Origin: Macrostomum lignano
Lineage: Eukaryota
Length of the DNA stretch: 64,000 nucleotides
Direction of reading: 5' to 3'
Assembly: GCA_002269645.1 (NCBI GenBank)
Contig: NIVC01001580.1
Location: 201,765-265,764 of the forward strand
The position numbers and the translations under genes were made by a program. Of this stretch, positions 1 through 12,978 are shown one piece after another (position 1 is the first letter of the stretch; every line of letters starts with the position of its first letter). The notes below the pieces were generated by a model. That model saw only the letters and a list, made by a program, of their open reading frames with translations, was not told the DNA's origin and searched no databases.

Positions 1-178
1 CATGACAGCGATTGTTTCCAAGAAACACGAAATCTTCACGTCGGTCATGGAGAAAAGAAGCCTATCGGTGTGGGAGGATAAGCGAGTGTGGCTTAGCAGT
101 AATCGAAGCCTGCCCTACGGACACTATGCGCTGACGCCCGCATCCCACGATCAGCTGAAGCGCATCCGACTGGTCTAG
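1..178 (+). CDS. pPolB: Protein-primed DNA polymerase B, C-terminal end (copy 1, partial)
   Basis: Matches 55859..56036, the end of the 1152-aa PolB ORF (...WEDKRVWLSSNRSLPYGHY...RIRLV*). Confidence 0.95.
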   Translation, partial: MTAIVSKKHEIFTSVMEKRSLSVWEDKRVWLSSNRSLPYGHYALTPASHDQLKRIRLV

Positions 179-760
179 TGCGGGTGTTTAACAGACTGTT
201 TAGTACTTTTTCTTGCTTTTAGAGTTGTTTAAATTGCCAAATTCTGTTTTAAATGTAGTGACTTGCATGTAGTAACTTTTACAAATTTGTATGCTTGGCT
301 AATTGCGCTAGATTTAGCTGTCAATTTGTTTTTGCGGCGTGAAATATTGATATCAATTTAAGTTTTACTTTTTATAAAGCTGTGTGGCAAGTGCGCTCAT
401 ACAATATTAATTCATTTTTGTTTGCTTTGTGTACTACTTGTTTAAAATGTGTTTTTGGTTTTTATCTGACACAAATTGTTCCTGTAAATTCAATCAGCGT
501 TTTAATCATATTTTCTCTATCACTTTTCTATTTCTCTTCTCTCGGTGCACATCGTTTGTTATAACGATGGTAGTATTGTTTACTTTCGGATTTGATATGC
601 GTTTTGCGATACTTTTGGTGATGGGCTAAATACGTTTTTGAAGTGTTCCATAGCTGTCTGCCTGGGAAAATGAATGTAAAGAATACCAAGTTTATCCTTT
701 TATTCACTTTTCACTAATCATTGAAATATTTGCGGCAAATTGCTTGACTTGACTTTATTT

Positions 761-1318
761 TTATTCAATGGAAAGAACTACATTGAGTAGACGCATGCTA
801 TCGGTATGCAACTGATTCAAGGACCGAGCTCCACTGAGAACAAAAGAGCCGCTGTGAAAAAGCAGACATTTACAAAAGTTTAAATTGAAAATTAAAGCAG
901 AAAAGGATTCTGGTTCATATTCGGCGTTTGGGATAATTGATTTTAACATTAATAAGGAAAGTGCGGAATGAACTGGGAGCTGTCCATGAGCAGTAATAGT
1001 TTTAATTCGAACACAAATTGTTTGATGAGGCAGCAGTTGAGCCGGCACTCTCCGATGCAGCATAGCCACGAAGCGACGGGCAGCCCTTTTGGCGTCTGCG
1101 TGGGTCTTGGCACCGCAGATGCTCAGTTGCCCAGTAGGGTAGAGTAGGAGAGTCACTCTGGGAATCCGCATCCGCTTGATGAGCACCCGGGGCCAGACGG
1201 GCCGGTAGATCACATGAGCCATGCTGAGAGCCAGTTCCCGTAGAGGCAGCTGAGCGCCCCTGCCACCATCCAGTCTCAGATCTACTCCGCCAACCAGATT
1301 GGTCACTCTTACCCACAT
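761..1318 (-). CDS. TBP-like ORF, duplicated copy whose 5' end is replaced by the CACTA terminus (MWV-RVTNLV...)
   Basis: 761..1311 matches the TBP-like ORF at 10417. The CACTA insertion at 1312 removes MSPPATAL but supplies an in-frame ATG at 1318. Expression unknown. Confidence 0.7.
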   Translation of the reverse strand: MWVRVTNLVGGVDLRLDGGRGAQLPLRELALSMAHVIYRPVWPRVLIKRMRIPRVTLLLYPTGQLSICGAKTHADAKRAARRFVAMLHRRVPAQLLPHQTICVRIKTITAHGQLPVHSALSLLMLKSIIPNAEYEPESFSALIFNLNFCKCLLFHSGSFVLSGARSLNQLHTDSMRLLNVVLSIE

Positions 1319-1761
1319 AACCAAAAATATCGCCTCGATATCGCGTAGCAATCGCCCAACATCCCGCCTTTGAATCGCCTCGATATCGCCCAATATCGCC
1401 TATTCACCGGGTTTGTCCACCCATACAGAGTCGCCACGATATCGCCAGGCGATATCGCCCGGCGACGGCTTTCCGAGTGCCCAGCGATGGCCTAACAAAA
1501 AAATAAGTCGTTTTTCATGCATACACTTGAACTGCATTTATTTTATTCTTCATTTTCCATTTCGGCATTTCAGTCTTTTAAAGTTGTTAATTTTCACTCC
1601 ATTCATTTTATTTACTACGAAACATGCATTGTTATTCACGATGTTCGCATGCGATAACAGCCACGTGGCACACGGCGTGCCCTTCAATACAAACTAGGCA
1701 AATGGCATTCGCGTCAGAAATGGCTCAATTACACCACAATGATTTCGTTAACAATCCCAAA

Positions 1762-3420
1762 TCACTCGTTCTCCTTGGCCTTGTGCTTCCGCGTCGGGTC
1801 CAAGGCATGAAGAAGGACATGCTTAATGTCAGAGTTCACTTGCGCCTCGGTCACATTCAGGTTGCTGTTTTTTAAGGCTAGCTGTACTAGACTGTGCACA
1901 GCAGACTCTTCAAAGCGCCGCTTGTCCTTCGTTCCCTTGAACGTAAACTTCGCCAGCGCATCGGGATCAAAGAGGCGGCGGAGGAGCTGGCGGGTAGCCT
2001 CTCGGGAGGTCCTTCCGCCAAGTCTCGAGAGCTGCTGAGCCTGCAAACGATCAAGTATGGTAAGTCAAGTTAGAATGAAGCCCACAATTATGAGCGTAAT
2101 AAATCTGGCAATTAAAAATACCAAGCTTTAGTAACGAGAAACCTAGCCGTATGCATTTTGGAAGCACGAAAAGTCAATGCTATTCATCCTTACCAATTTG
2201 ACCAAATTTTCTTTCTTCTGCAGCCAAGCGTTTAGCTGATCGATTCCGGCATCCCCATTGACGGGAATGCTGAATGGTAGATCCTCAGCAGCCAAACGTG
2301 GGGTAAGAGTCTCTGTCAGCTGACGTGCTACGCCATCTACGATTGTCCGAATTGTGGCCAGCTCGCGGAGCACACGTCTTTCGAACGCTGCAAAAAAAGA
2401 ATTGATCTCACATAAGCTGCACTCGAATCGTTGTCCAATGATTGTAATTTACTATCAGCAGCAAAAAAGCCGCATGTTTTGGGAGTAGAACTCACATGAC
2501 AATTCCATTCGCACTTCTGAACACCGTGATGTGCAACGCTGACTACCTACAGGTGTATTGACTGGTTCAGAGTTCTGACCTGCAGAATAGAACAGAGAGA
2601 ATTGAGAAAACAAATTAAAAACTTGAGAAATAAATGCATGTATTTGGCACTTACTTGAATCAAGTTGAGAATAGACTTCAGAGGCTTCGATTTCTTCCCT
2701 TAGAGTTGAGAATGAGGTCGGCACACGTTCCTTGGACAACTCATGAGTAAGGGTACAAGGCGTTGAAGCTGACGCTGACACGGAAGCTGACGCTGACACG
2801 GAAGCTGACGCTGACACTGGAGCTGACGCTGAGGCTGACGCTGGAGCTGACGCTGAAGCCAAGACTGAAGGTGAAGCAAAAGTTGACCCTGAGATACAGG
2901 GGAAGGAAGGTGGATCTCTCAAACCAGAATTCAGATTTGCACGCTTAGGAGAATTTTCTTCGGAATCGGGTTCATTGTCAGAACTCGATTCCACCCTCTT
3001 TTTTCGTTGCCTATTGCCTTCCTCTATGAAGCGCTTGGTCTTCGATCTTCTTCTTCTCTTGTCGAGATCAGTACTTTCGATTTCACCATCTTTAATGTAG
3101 CGGCTGAGTCTTCGTCGCGCGCAAAGTTCATCTGCTGTAATGGGTTGGTTATAAAGATGTGGAGTAAAAGTCAATCATCTTTGACTTGAATCGATCATTT
3201 GGTGCAAATAGTACTTACAGCATCGAGACAGCACAACAACAGGGTGTCTTTCCCATGTCTCTTCAGGGGTAGAAGCTCGGGTGCGCAAGGACTCCAGTTT
3301 GGACTTAGAAACTGATGGCCATAAGCACTGCGTGAGCCCAATCATCCACGCCTCTGGAACATACTCCACTAACTTTAGACTCGAGTCTACATTGTTTTGG
3401 AACTCGACAACCAGATACAT
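1762..3420 (-). CDS. Spliced CACTA accessory gene (TnpA-like; DUF4806/BEN-like C-terminal domain)
   Basis: First exon 3420..3219 (YLVVEF...YVPEAW...CLWP...WERHPV) with a GTAAGT donor, Ser/Ala-rich middle exon(s), last exon LSRLGGRTSREATRQLLRRLF...KFTFKGTKDKRRF. Internal exon boundaries approximate. Confidence 0.7.
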
Positions 3421-3435
3421 CTGAAGAGAGAGACT

Positions 3436-5451
3436 TCACTGGTGTACAACATTTATGAACATTGGGAATGCTGCCATTTTTTTACCAATAGGCAAGACAC
3501 AGGCCTTGCGTTTTATGAAACAGATAGGCAAGGCTATAAAATTATGTGAGAGTGAGGCAATAAAAGAGATGTTAATTTTTGTTGAATCAAATGGATACCT
3601 GTACACAGGTGAATAACTTTCATACGGCTTGCAGAGTATCTGTACTGATTCACCATCAGGAATAAAACCAAAGATTCGGTAGCATTTGTTGGAGGAATCA
3701 AAAAAATGGGAGTCATTTTTTTGTGTTGAAAATTTTACACCAGATATTATGCATACCTTAAAGATCTGTTTGTCACGAAATGCAAGTGGAATAAAAATAT
3801 CTTCAACAGCTTTGTCTCGAAGCACAATGTTTTTTGGATTTGCCTTGCTCAATGGAAACTGGGTTGACTCAACTATTCTATTTGCACATTGGATAAGAGG
3901 ATTCCTACTACCACGAATCCATCGTCTTAAAGTATGCAAGTAGTTTTCATATTTGAATGCACTAAACGAGTCCAAGCAACCAAGTACCTGACAATCAGAA
4001 GCCAAGTGAGTAAGTGAATGAACATTGTAGACCAGCATTCGAATGCCATATATTTCATGGCAGTTCCATACAAAACATTCTAGCAGCTCATTAGCATATG
4101 CAATTAGTTCCTGGGATGACAAGGGATCACATAGTATGAAAATGGCTGAATGGAGGATAAGGAAATGTTCAAAAACTTTGGTAATATCCTTTAGACCAGT
4201 CATTGCAGCTACACCAGTATACAAAAGAAATGTGCGGTACTCTGTTGCTTTCCAGAAGGCTAGACAACTTAGGCCACGTGGCTTCCTTGCAAAGTCTGAT
4301 GGGATCCAATCACGTAATAAGAGAAGAGATTGTGAAATATGACGAACAAAAATGCTGGGAAATCTTGTTTGCAATGGACCTCGGATCCAAAACTGTAATA
4401 GCCTTTTCATGACCCCAATGCAGACAAGATGCATATAGTCATAAGTAAAACACTGAACCATATCAATATTCAATTGCTCAAATGGGCTATTTGCTATATG
4501 ATGGTCAGGATCAAGCCTACTCCTAAATGAGCCATTAGTGCGAGGTACACAGTTAAGCTCATCAAATACTACATGGTTCACATATTTGCCAACAATAGTG
4601 CATCTTTCACATGCTGAGAAACCATTGTGGCCTTTAATTCCTTTGATAAAAGCCTTTGCTGGGCGATCAGCAACTATATTTCTCAATATGACTCGGTCTT
4701 CAAGGTGCTGTAGTTCTTGAATCAAAGATGCCAGGTAGAGGCCAGCATCAGGCTTCCCTGGTCCATAATACAAAGCAATGACAAAAGGTGATCCACCATC
4801 AATTGATCCCAAAATTGGCCAAAGAGAATCACTTTTGCTACGGAAAACAGCCATTCCATCAATATGTAATTCTAATTGACATTTCTTAAAAGGATTAATT
4901 TGATCAGAGAGCTGCTGCTCAATACCAAAATATACAAATTGGCCATCATTCATTAGTACAACTGGTTGGCTGCGTGGAGTACGGCGTAATGTTCTAGAAG
5001 TCTGTGGAAGATCAGGGAAATAATCTCGAAGAATTCCTAATAAATCATCAACTGCATCACTTGGAACATTTCGAACAGTTGCCCATTGAGCTAGGCGCTC
5101 TTTAAGTGATTTATCTTCTATAAAAGGTTGAAATGTCTCTTCTGACTCAAGTGCATCAAAATATTCATCCTCAGATTCTTCTTCAGGATATTCAAATGTT
5201 GTAAGATCATGTTTTTTCATCAATTGATCTTCTAATAATAGCAAAGAAGTGGTTTCTATATTGATGTTATCATTTTCTTCTTCAGTAGGATTAGTAATAA
5301 CAATAGTGTCAGAAGCACAATCCATTGGTATCTCTACTTTGGACTCATTCAAGGCTATATCAATATTTCCAACTTGACAATCCAACTCAATGTCATTAAG
5401 CATGGTTTGAAATTTTTGGTAAGCAGCCCTCTGGGTCTTCTTATAACTCAT
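3436..5451 (-). CDS. EnSpm/CACTA-type transposase (671 aa, intact)
   Basis: Motifs HIDGMAVF...LWPILG, ADRPAKAFIKGIKGHNGFSACERC, DYMHLVCIGVMKRLL, WKATEYRTFLLY, YNVHSLTHL, SAFKYENYL are characteristic of animal EnSpm-like transposases. Confidence 0.9.
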   Translation of the reverse strand: MSYKKTQRAAYQKFQTMLNDIELDCQVGNIDIALNESKVEIPMDCASDTIVITNPTEEENDNINIETTSLLLLEDQLMKKHDLTTFEYPEEESEDEYFDALESEETFQPFIEDKSLKERLAQWATVRNVPSDAVDDLLGILRDYFPDLPQTSRTLRRTPRSQPVVLMNDGQFVYFGIEQQLSDQINPFKKCQLELHIDGMAVFRSKSDSLWPILGSIDGGSPFVIALYYGPGKPDAGLYLASLIQELQHLEDRVILRNIVADRPAKAFIKGIKGHNGFSACERCTIVGKYVNHVVFDELNCVPRTNGSFRSRLDPDHHIANSPFEQLNIDMVQCFTYDYMHLVCIGVMKRLLQFWIRGPLQTRFPSIFVRHISQSLLLLRDWIPSDFARKPRGLSCLAFWKATEYRTFLLYTGVAAMTGLKDITKVFEHFLILHSAIFILCDPLSSQELIAYANELLECFVWNCHEIYGIRMLVYNVHSLTHLASDCQVLGCLDSFSAFKYENYLHTLRRWIRGSRNPLIQCANRIVESTQFPLSKANPKNIVLRDKAVEDIFIPLAFRDKQIFKVCIISGVKFSTQKNDSHFFDSSNKCYRIFGFIPDGESVQILCKPYESYSPVYRYPFDSTKINISFIASLSHNFIALPICFIKRKACVLPIGKKMAAFPMFINVVHQ

Positions 5452-7424
5452 AGCTTTTTATAATAAAAAATTAATTAAAAATAAGATTATAAATAGTTTT
5501 AATGAAAACTGTTAACTATATCCTTTGGCTTTATATACTTATTAATACTAAATTATTTTAAAATATACAAAAATATTTAATAATTATTGTTGACCTATTA
5601 AACAATAAAAATAACCTTATAACCTATCTATATCTTTTTATTTTTATTAGCCTATTCTTTATCTTTTGGCAAGTTTTACTAAGGAAATTAAGTGAGTGAG
5701 TAAATGAGTGAGTAAGTGTAAGTGAATAAGCAAGTGAATAAGCTATAAGCACTAATATAGAATTTTAGAATTTAGGTAGGCCTAAGCTTCGATAATGTTA
5801 GGCCTAAACTAGATCTTAGGCCTATTGAAAGTTGAAATTTTTTAAATTTAAAAAAGTTAAAAATTTAAAATAGACCAGTTTACAAGTATACAAAAAATTG
5901 CATATACAATACTAGTGCCTATATATAATATGAACCAATTATACAAAAATTTAATTTGAGTAAGTAGGCTATATAGTAAGTAGGCCTACACAAAGACAAG
6001 TATCAAACTTCAAAGGGTACAATGCAATTTAAATGTCAATAATTATTTTTAAGAATCAATAGAAATTGGTAGATTCAGAAAATAAAGGAAAGTTTTGAAA
6101 TTAAAACTGTTAAAAGGCATTAATCCATAAAGATAGGGCGGCTTGATACCATAACACGAGCACTGAATCTGAATCTGAATATTGAGATTATTGCCCAGCT
6201 GGCTGCCACTGGCGCTAAGCCTAGCACAGTTAAGGAGTTCTTTGACCAAATGTAAAGAATAATAATCGTAAGAATAAGTAAGATATTGGCAGTTCTATTT
6301 GAGAAAGCAAATCACTATTTGAAATTAATTCGTAAAACTTAAAAAGAGCTCATTGAACGATTAAGATCCGAAGATGTAATTAGGGAGGAAATACGTTTTG
6401 AAAATAAGCTGTCAGCCATATTTGTTAGCTGTTATTATAACAAACGTACATATGTTTATTTTTAAACATTTACTTGTAAATATAAAACAAAAATTCTTGA
6501 AATATCTTAATAGTTTTAAAAGCTAAAATAGTTTCTAATTAAAATCTTATAAAGTAAAAATATCAATCCGGGTAACTGACATCTCGCCATCATCATCCCA
6601 CTTGTAATATAAATTTTGCCGACGAAAAAAATTCAGTTTTTATATCATTTTTTAAATAATTAAATGCACAGAACTTTTTGTTCCTGCCAAAACTCGCTAT
6701 AGCGCGCGCGATTTGCAGTGCATTCTCTCAATCTTCGTCATTCCATGGATTCGAGTGGGATTCACCCCCAAATATCGCAATTGCAATTCGATCTCTCATG
6801 GCGATTCTCTATATGACCTGGCGGCTTTCCAAGAGGGGGACTGTATAACGGCAAATGGTTATCGCGCTGCGATGGATCGGCGAGAATTTTGCGCATCGCA
6901 TGGGCGACACATAGGCGAACCTCGCCTAAAATATATCAAGGCGATACTTTGGCGATTGCGAGGGAACTTTTTTTTACACGAAAACGAATGTTATGGTTGC
7001 TTTTTAATAGACTAAAACTCACTTTTATGGCGTAATTTGAATTCAACTGCAAGTAAAAAACAATGCGATCTTAACAAACGTAGCGATATCGCCTCGGTAT
7101 CAATCGGCGATATATCGCCCCTTACAGCCCGGCGGGGAGTGAGCGATATCGAGGCGATTTTTTTGGTTATGTGGGTAGGGCTGTAGCTGGTGGGCTCATT
7201 TCGATCGTCAACTTCTTCACCAAATCTGCTTCTGCCAACTTTACTGCTCGTGTGCCACGGACACTGCTCGCTTCTTAAGTTGATGCAGAACTTTGGCTTA
7301 AGCCAACTGTAGTGCAGCAACGAATTTCTCACTGCACAGCCAGTATCTGAATCTTCAGTCGAGGGTGCTCCCAAATCTTCTAGGTTATAAACCTGTCTAC
7401 CAAGCAGCTCAGTCAGGAAAATAG

Positions 7425-10306
<2,882 letters not shown>

Positions 10307-11261
10307 TAGCTGTCTGCCTGGGAAAATGAATGTAAAGAATACCAAGTTTATCCTTTTATTCACTTTTCACTAATCATTGAAATATTTGCGGCAAATTGCT
10401 TGACTTGACTTTATTTTTATTCAATGGAAAGAACTACATTGAGTAGACGCATGCTATCGGTATGCAACTGATTCAAGGACCGAGCTCCACTGAGAACAAA
10501 AGAGCCGCTGTGAAAAAGCAGACATTTACAAAAGTTTAAATTGAAAATTAAAGCAGAAAAGGATTCTGGTTCATATTCGGCGTTTGGGATAATTGATTTT
10601 AACATTAATAAGGAAAGTGCGGAATGAACTGGGAGCTGTCCATGAGCAGTAATAGTTTTAATTCGAACACAAATTGTTTGATGAGGCAGCAGTTGAGCCG
10701 GCACTCTCCGATGCAGCATAGCCACGAAGCGACGGGCAGCCCTTTTGGCGTCTGCGTGGGTCTTGGCACCGCAGATGCTCAGTTGCCCAGTAGGGTAGAG
10801 TAGGAGAGTCACTCTGGGAATCCGCATCCGCTTGATGAGCACCCGGGGCCAGACGGGCCGGTAGATCACATGAGCCATGCTGAGAGCCAGTTCCCGTAGA
10901 GGCAGCTGAGCGCCCCTGCCACCATCCAGTCTCAGATCTACTCCGCCAACCAGATTGGTCACTCTTAGGGCTGTAGCTGGTGGGCTCATTTCGATCGTCA
11001 ACTTCTTCACCAAATCTGCTTCTGCCAACTTTACTGCTCGTGTGCCACGGACACTGCTCGCTTCTTAAGTTGATGCAGAACTTTGGCTTAAGCCAACTGT
11101 AGTGCAGCAACGAATTTCTCACTGCACAGCCAGTATCTGAATCTTCAGTCGAGGGTGCTCCCAAATCTTCTAGGTTATAAACCTGTCTACCAAGCAGCTC
11201 AGTCAGGAAAATAGACTTCCTTTCCCCATTTGACCAGATCGGACCACTGGCAATGCTCAGA
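10307..11261. repeat. 955-bp direct duplication of Polinton DNA flanking the LINE (other copy = 651..1311 plus 7178..7471)
   Basis: Both segments begin TAGCTGTCTGCCTGGG and end CAATGCTCAGA. 661+294 = 955 bp after removing the CACTA and its TA duplication. Confidence 0.9.
10417..11028 (-). CDS. Divergent TATA-binding protein (TBP)-like factor encoded by the Polinton (probable start MSPPA at 10989)
   Basis: Two TBP repeats: RVTNLVGGVDL...YRPVWPRVLIKRMRIPRVTLLLYPTGQLSICGAKTHADAKRAARRF and ...AEYEPESFSALIF...LLFHSGSFVLSGARS align with canonical NIVSTVNL, YNPKRFAAVIMR, ALIFSSGKMVCTGAKS, YEPELFPGLIY, LIFVSGKVVLTGAK. AATAAA overlaps the stop. Confidence 0.9.
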   Translation of the reverse strand: MAEADLVKKLTIEMSPPATALRVTNLVGGVDLRLDGGRGAQLPLRELALSMAHVIYRPVWPRVLIKRMRIPRVTLLLYPTGQLSICGAKTHADAKRAARRFVAMLHRRVPAQLLPHQTICVRIKTITAHGQLPVHSALSLLMLKSIIPNAEYEPESFSALIFNLNFCKCLLFHSGSFVLSGARSLNQLHTDSMRLLNVVLSIE

Positions 11262-11509
11262 ATGTCTTCCGCCAGTTCCATGTACGGACGGGTTCCATCA
11301 TTCCACTTAAACTGGTGCAGACTCTTAGATAGCTGTCTGTAGTAAACTCGCATGTCAGGTGAGACTCTCTCCCATGGATACGGAGGTGCGTACACATGGT
11401 GAGCAATGTGGTAGCTCCCCGCTCTGATTTGAACAACTGCCAACTCCTTCACAACAAATTTTTTGCTTGTGCTGTTGCACGGGAATCCTTGGAAGTCAAT
11501 GTAGTTCAT
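10658..11509 (-). CDS. Polinton accessory protein, possible DnaQ/DEDD-like exonuclease fold; long tail overlaps the TBP-like ORF
   Basis: N-terminus YIDFQGF...FVVKELAV...APPYPW...HQFKWNDG..Y...IWSNG.RK...VYNLEDLG resembles a recurrent Polinton ORF family with an ExoI-like start; fold assignment is from memory. Confidence 0.5.
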   Translation of the reverse strand: MNYIDFQGFPCNSTSKKFVVKELAVVQIRAGSYHIAHHVYAPPYPWERVSPDMRVYYRQLSKSLHQFKWNDGTRPYMELAEDILSIASGPIWSNGERKSIFLTELLGRQVYNLEDLGAPSTEDSDTGCAVRNSLLHYSWLKPKFCINLRSEQCPWHTSSKVGRSRFGEEVDDRNEPTSYSPKSDQSGWRSRSETGWWQGRSAASTGTGSQHGSCDLPARLAPGAHQADADSQSDSPTLPYWATEHLRCQDPRRRQKGCPSLRGYAASESAGSTAASSNNLCSN

Positions 11510-11538
11510 GATGCAGCTTTCCTTCGAAAATTTCGGAG

Positions 11539-12231
11539 TCAGTCCACCTTCTTATATACTTTTCTGGCAGGCAATTTCAGCCAGGCTGTGTTGCTCCCGT
11601 ACCCCTTGACTAGACTCTCCTGTTCTTTCTCCAGTTCACCCCCTCTGCTGGTTGCCATTTTCTTCTTAACTGATTTACCAACAGCGGAAAGCGGAACATT
11701 AAGCTTTTTCTGCTGCAGAAAATCGATGAACTCGTTCCACCCAACTGGTTCACGCTCACATGGCGAATCCCTCACTGCGTGCTGAATCAAGTCCAGTATG
11801 TTTGAGGAAGGGATTGACGTGCCTGCGATTTCCACCTCCCCGTTTTCACAAACTCGAATCAGCTCTGGATTGGTGGACAGGATCGTCCACAGACTGCGAG
11901 CCCTGGTTTTGAATTTCTGTGGCACCGACTTGCTGATCTTCTCTTCCCAGGTGCTTATCTGGGGTGTCTCTGTTTTCATCAACTTGGCTTCAGTATTGCG
12001 TGCTCCTTCTTTTCCAGCGTGCTTGCGCTTGGCCAGCAAACTTTGCATTGCACTTTGGTACATGGCGGTTTTCACATCTTCTGGACAATCCTCGGCATAC
12101 AAGATGTCATCGCATTTCTTCTGAGCCTGCTTCAAGTCAGCTTCAGTGGTAGTCTCATTTGGCTTCAAATTCTGCATCAACATCTCATACTCTGCTTTAG
12201 GAATCAGAACCATTTCTGAAAATTTGTTCAT
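11539..12231 (-). CDS. Conserved Polinton hypothetical protein (230 aa)
   Basis: MVLIP start and motif ENGEVEIAG..IPSSNILDLI...PVGWNEF..FL...NVP..AVG seen in Polinton core hypothetical proteins; collinear in copy 2. Confidence 0.7.
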   Translation of the reverse strand: MNKFSEMVLIPKAEYEMLMQNLKPNETTTEADLKQAQKKCDDILYAEDCPEDVKTAMYQSAMQSLLAKRKHAGKEGARNTEAKLMKTETPQISTWEEKISKSVPQKFKTRARSLWTILSTNPELIRVCENGEVEIAGTSIPSSNILDLIQHAVRDSPCEREPVGWNEFIDFLQQKKLNVPLSAVGKSVKKKMATSRGGELEKEQESLVKGYGSNTAWLKLPARKVYKKVD

Positions 12232-12565
12232 TTTGCTTCTTCTTCTTTACCAGCTTAAGCAGAATCGGGAGTATTTTGATGAAGCCAGCCTTCAACAAGT
12301 CTGTCTTTCTTCTTTTGTGAGTAATTTTTCGAATTATCTCTTTTGACTTTGCAAGAACAGCTTTTTCATCGAGCGAAAACGATAGATTGTTTTGTAAGAG
12401 ATTATGGCAGGCCTCGACAAGAAAATAACGCACTTCTTTTGGACAATTTTTTATCAACAGCCGCTTGAAGCGCACGGTATATTTAGGTGACGCAAGAACC
12501 GCAAAAAGACTTGCATATGAATCAAGCACTTCCATTGCGATGAAAACAATAGCTGATAAAAACAA
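12197..12565 (-). CDS. Small basic Polinton conserved protein (putative virion core/membrane-interacting)
   Basis: LIKNCPKEV..FLVEACHNLLQNNL...IRKI...KK..LLKAGFIKILPILL with an amphipathic C-terminal helix; located between the ATPase and the 230-aa gene in both copies. Confidence 0.6.
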   Translation of the reverse strand: MFLSAIVFIAMEVLDSYASLFAVLASPKYTVRFKRLLIKNCPKEVRYFLVEACHNLLQNNLSFSLDEKAVLAKSKEIIRKITHKRRKTDLLKAGFIKILPILLKLVKKKKQNEQIFRNGSDS

Positions 12566-12576
12566 GCTTCACTTTC

Positions 12577-12955
12577 TTAAGCAAATACAAGATGGGGTCG
12601 CTGGTTGGGCAGAATTCTGGCCCAATTCTGGCAAAAAATTTCGCATTGAAGCAGAGTTTGAAGTTTCCTCTATTAAGTCATCGAAAACAACCAGGTCATT
12701 GGGCCTAAGTGCTGCCTCGATGTTGGTGGGAAATCCCTGGCGCAGCTGCACACCTAGGCTGTTCAGTTCTGCATGGCCTGCCTGTGAGATCCCATAGTAC
12801 CACAGAACTCTGCCAGGCTTCACATCAAACATGACGTCTCTGTACTGGATCAGGTGTTCGACAAAGGTTGTTTTTCCTGCATTGGTGGGCCCGCAGACAA
12901 TCATGCAGCTTCCCTGCCTGAGGCGGATATCGTAGCAAACTTGCTTTTCTCCCAT
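12577..12955 (-). pseudogene. Packaging ATPase (FtsK/A32-like) with a 276-bp internal deletion (copy 1)
   Basis: Walker A GPTNAGKTT and Walker B LVVFDD are present, but the TQN...SLN...KNPRD region present at 58819..59094 in copy 2 is missing. Confidence 0.85.
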
Positions 12956-12978
12956 GTTTAATGCATAAATATTAGAAA

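Larger units (their letters stand above)
1312..7175 (-). mobile_element. CACTA/EnSpm (CMC) DNA transposon, apparently complete, nested in Polinton copy 1
   Basis: 33-bp TIRs CCCACATAACCAAAAA(T/A)ATCGCCTCGATATCGC at 1312..1344 and 7143..7175 (1 mismatch), TA target duplication (1310-11, 7176-77), many subterminal ATATCGCC/GGCGATAT motifs. Empty site CTCTTAGGG is visible at about 10962 and 57162. Confidence 0.92.

Noticed and set aside
382-629. Small hydrophobic ORFs between PolB and the TBP-like gene (also 56285..56485)
   Set aside because: T-rich convergent terminator region; no motifs and non-ATG starts.
1319-1393. N-terminal extension MGDIEAIQRRD... of the 210-aa TBP-like ORF
   Set aside because: Derived from CACTA subterminal repeats with a TTG start; not part of the native gene.
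1312-7175. piggyBac assignment from CCC...GGG ends
   Set aside because: The TSD is TA, not TTAA, and the transposase motifs are EnSpm/CACTA-type.
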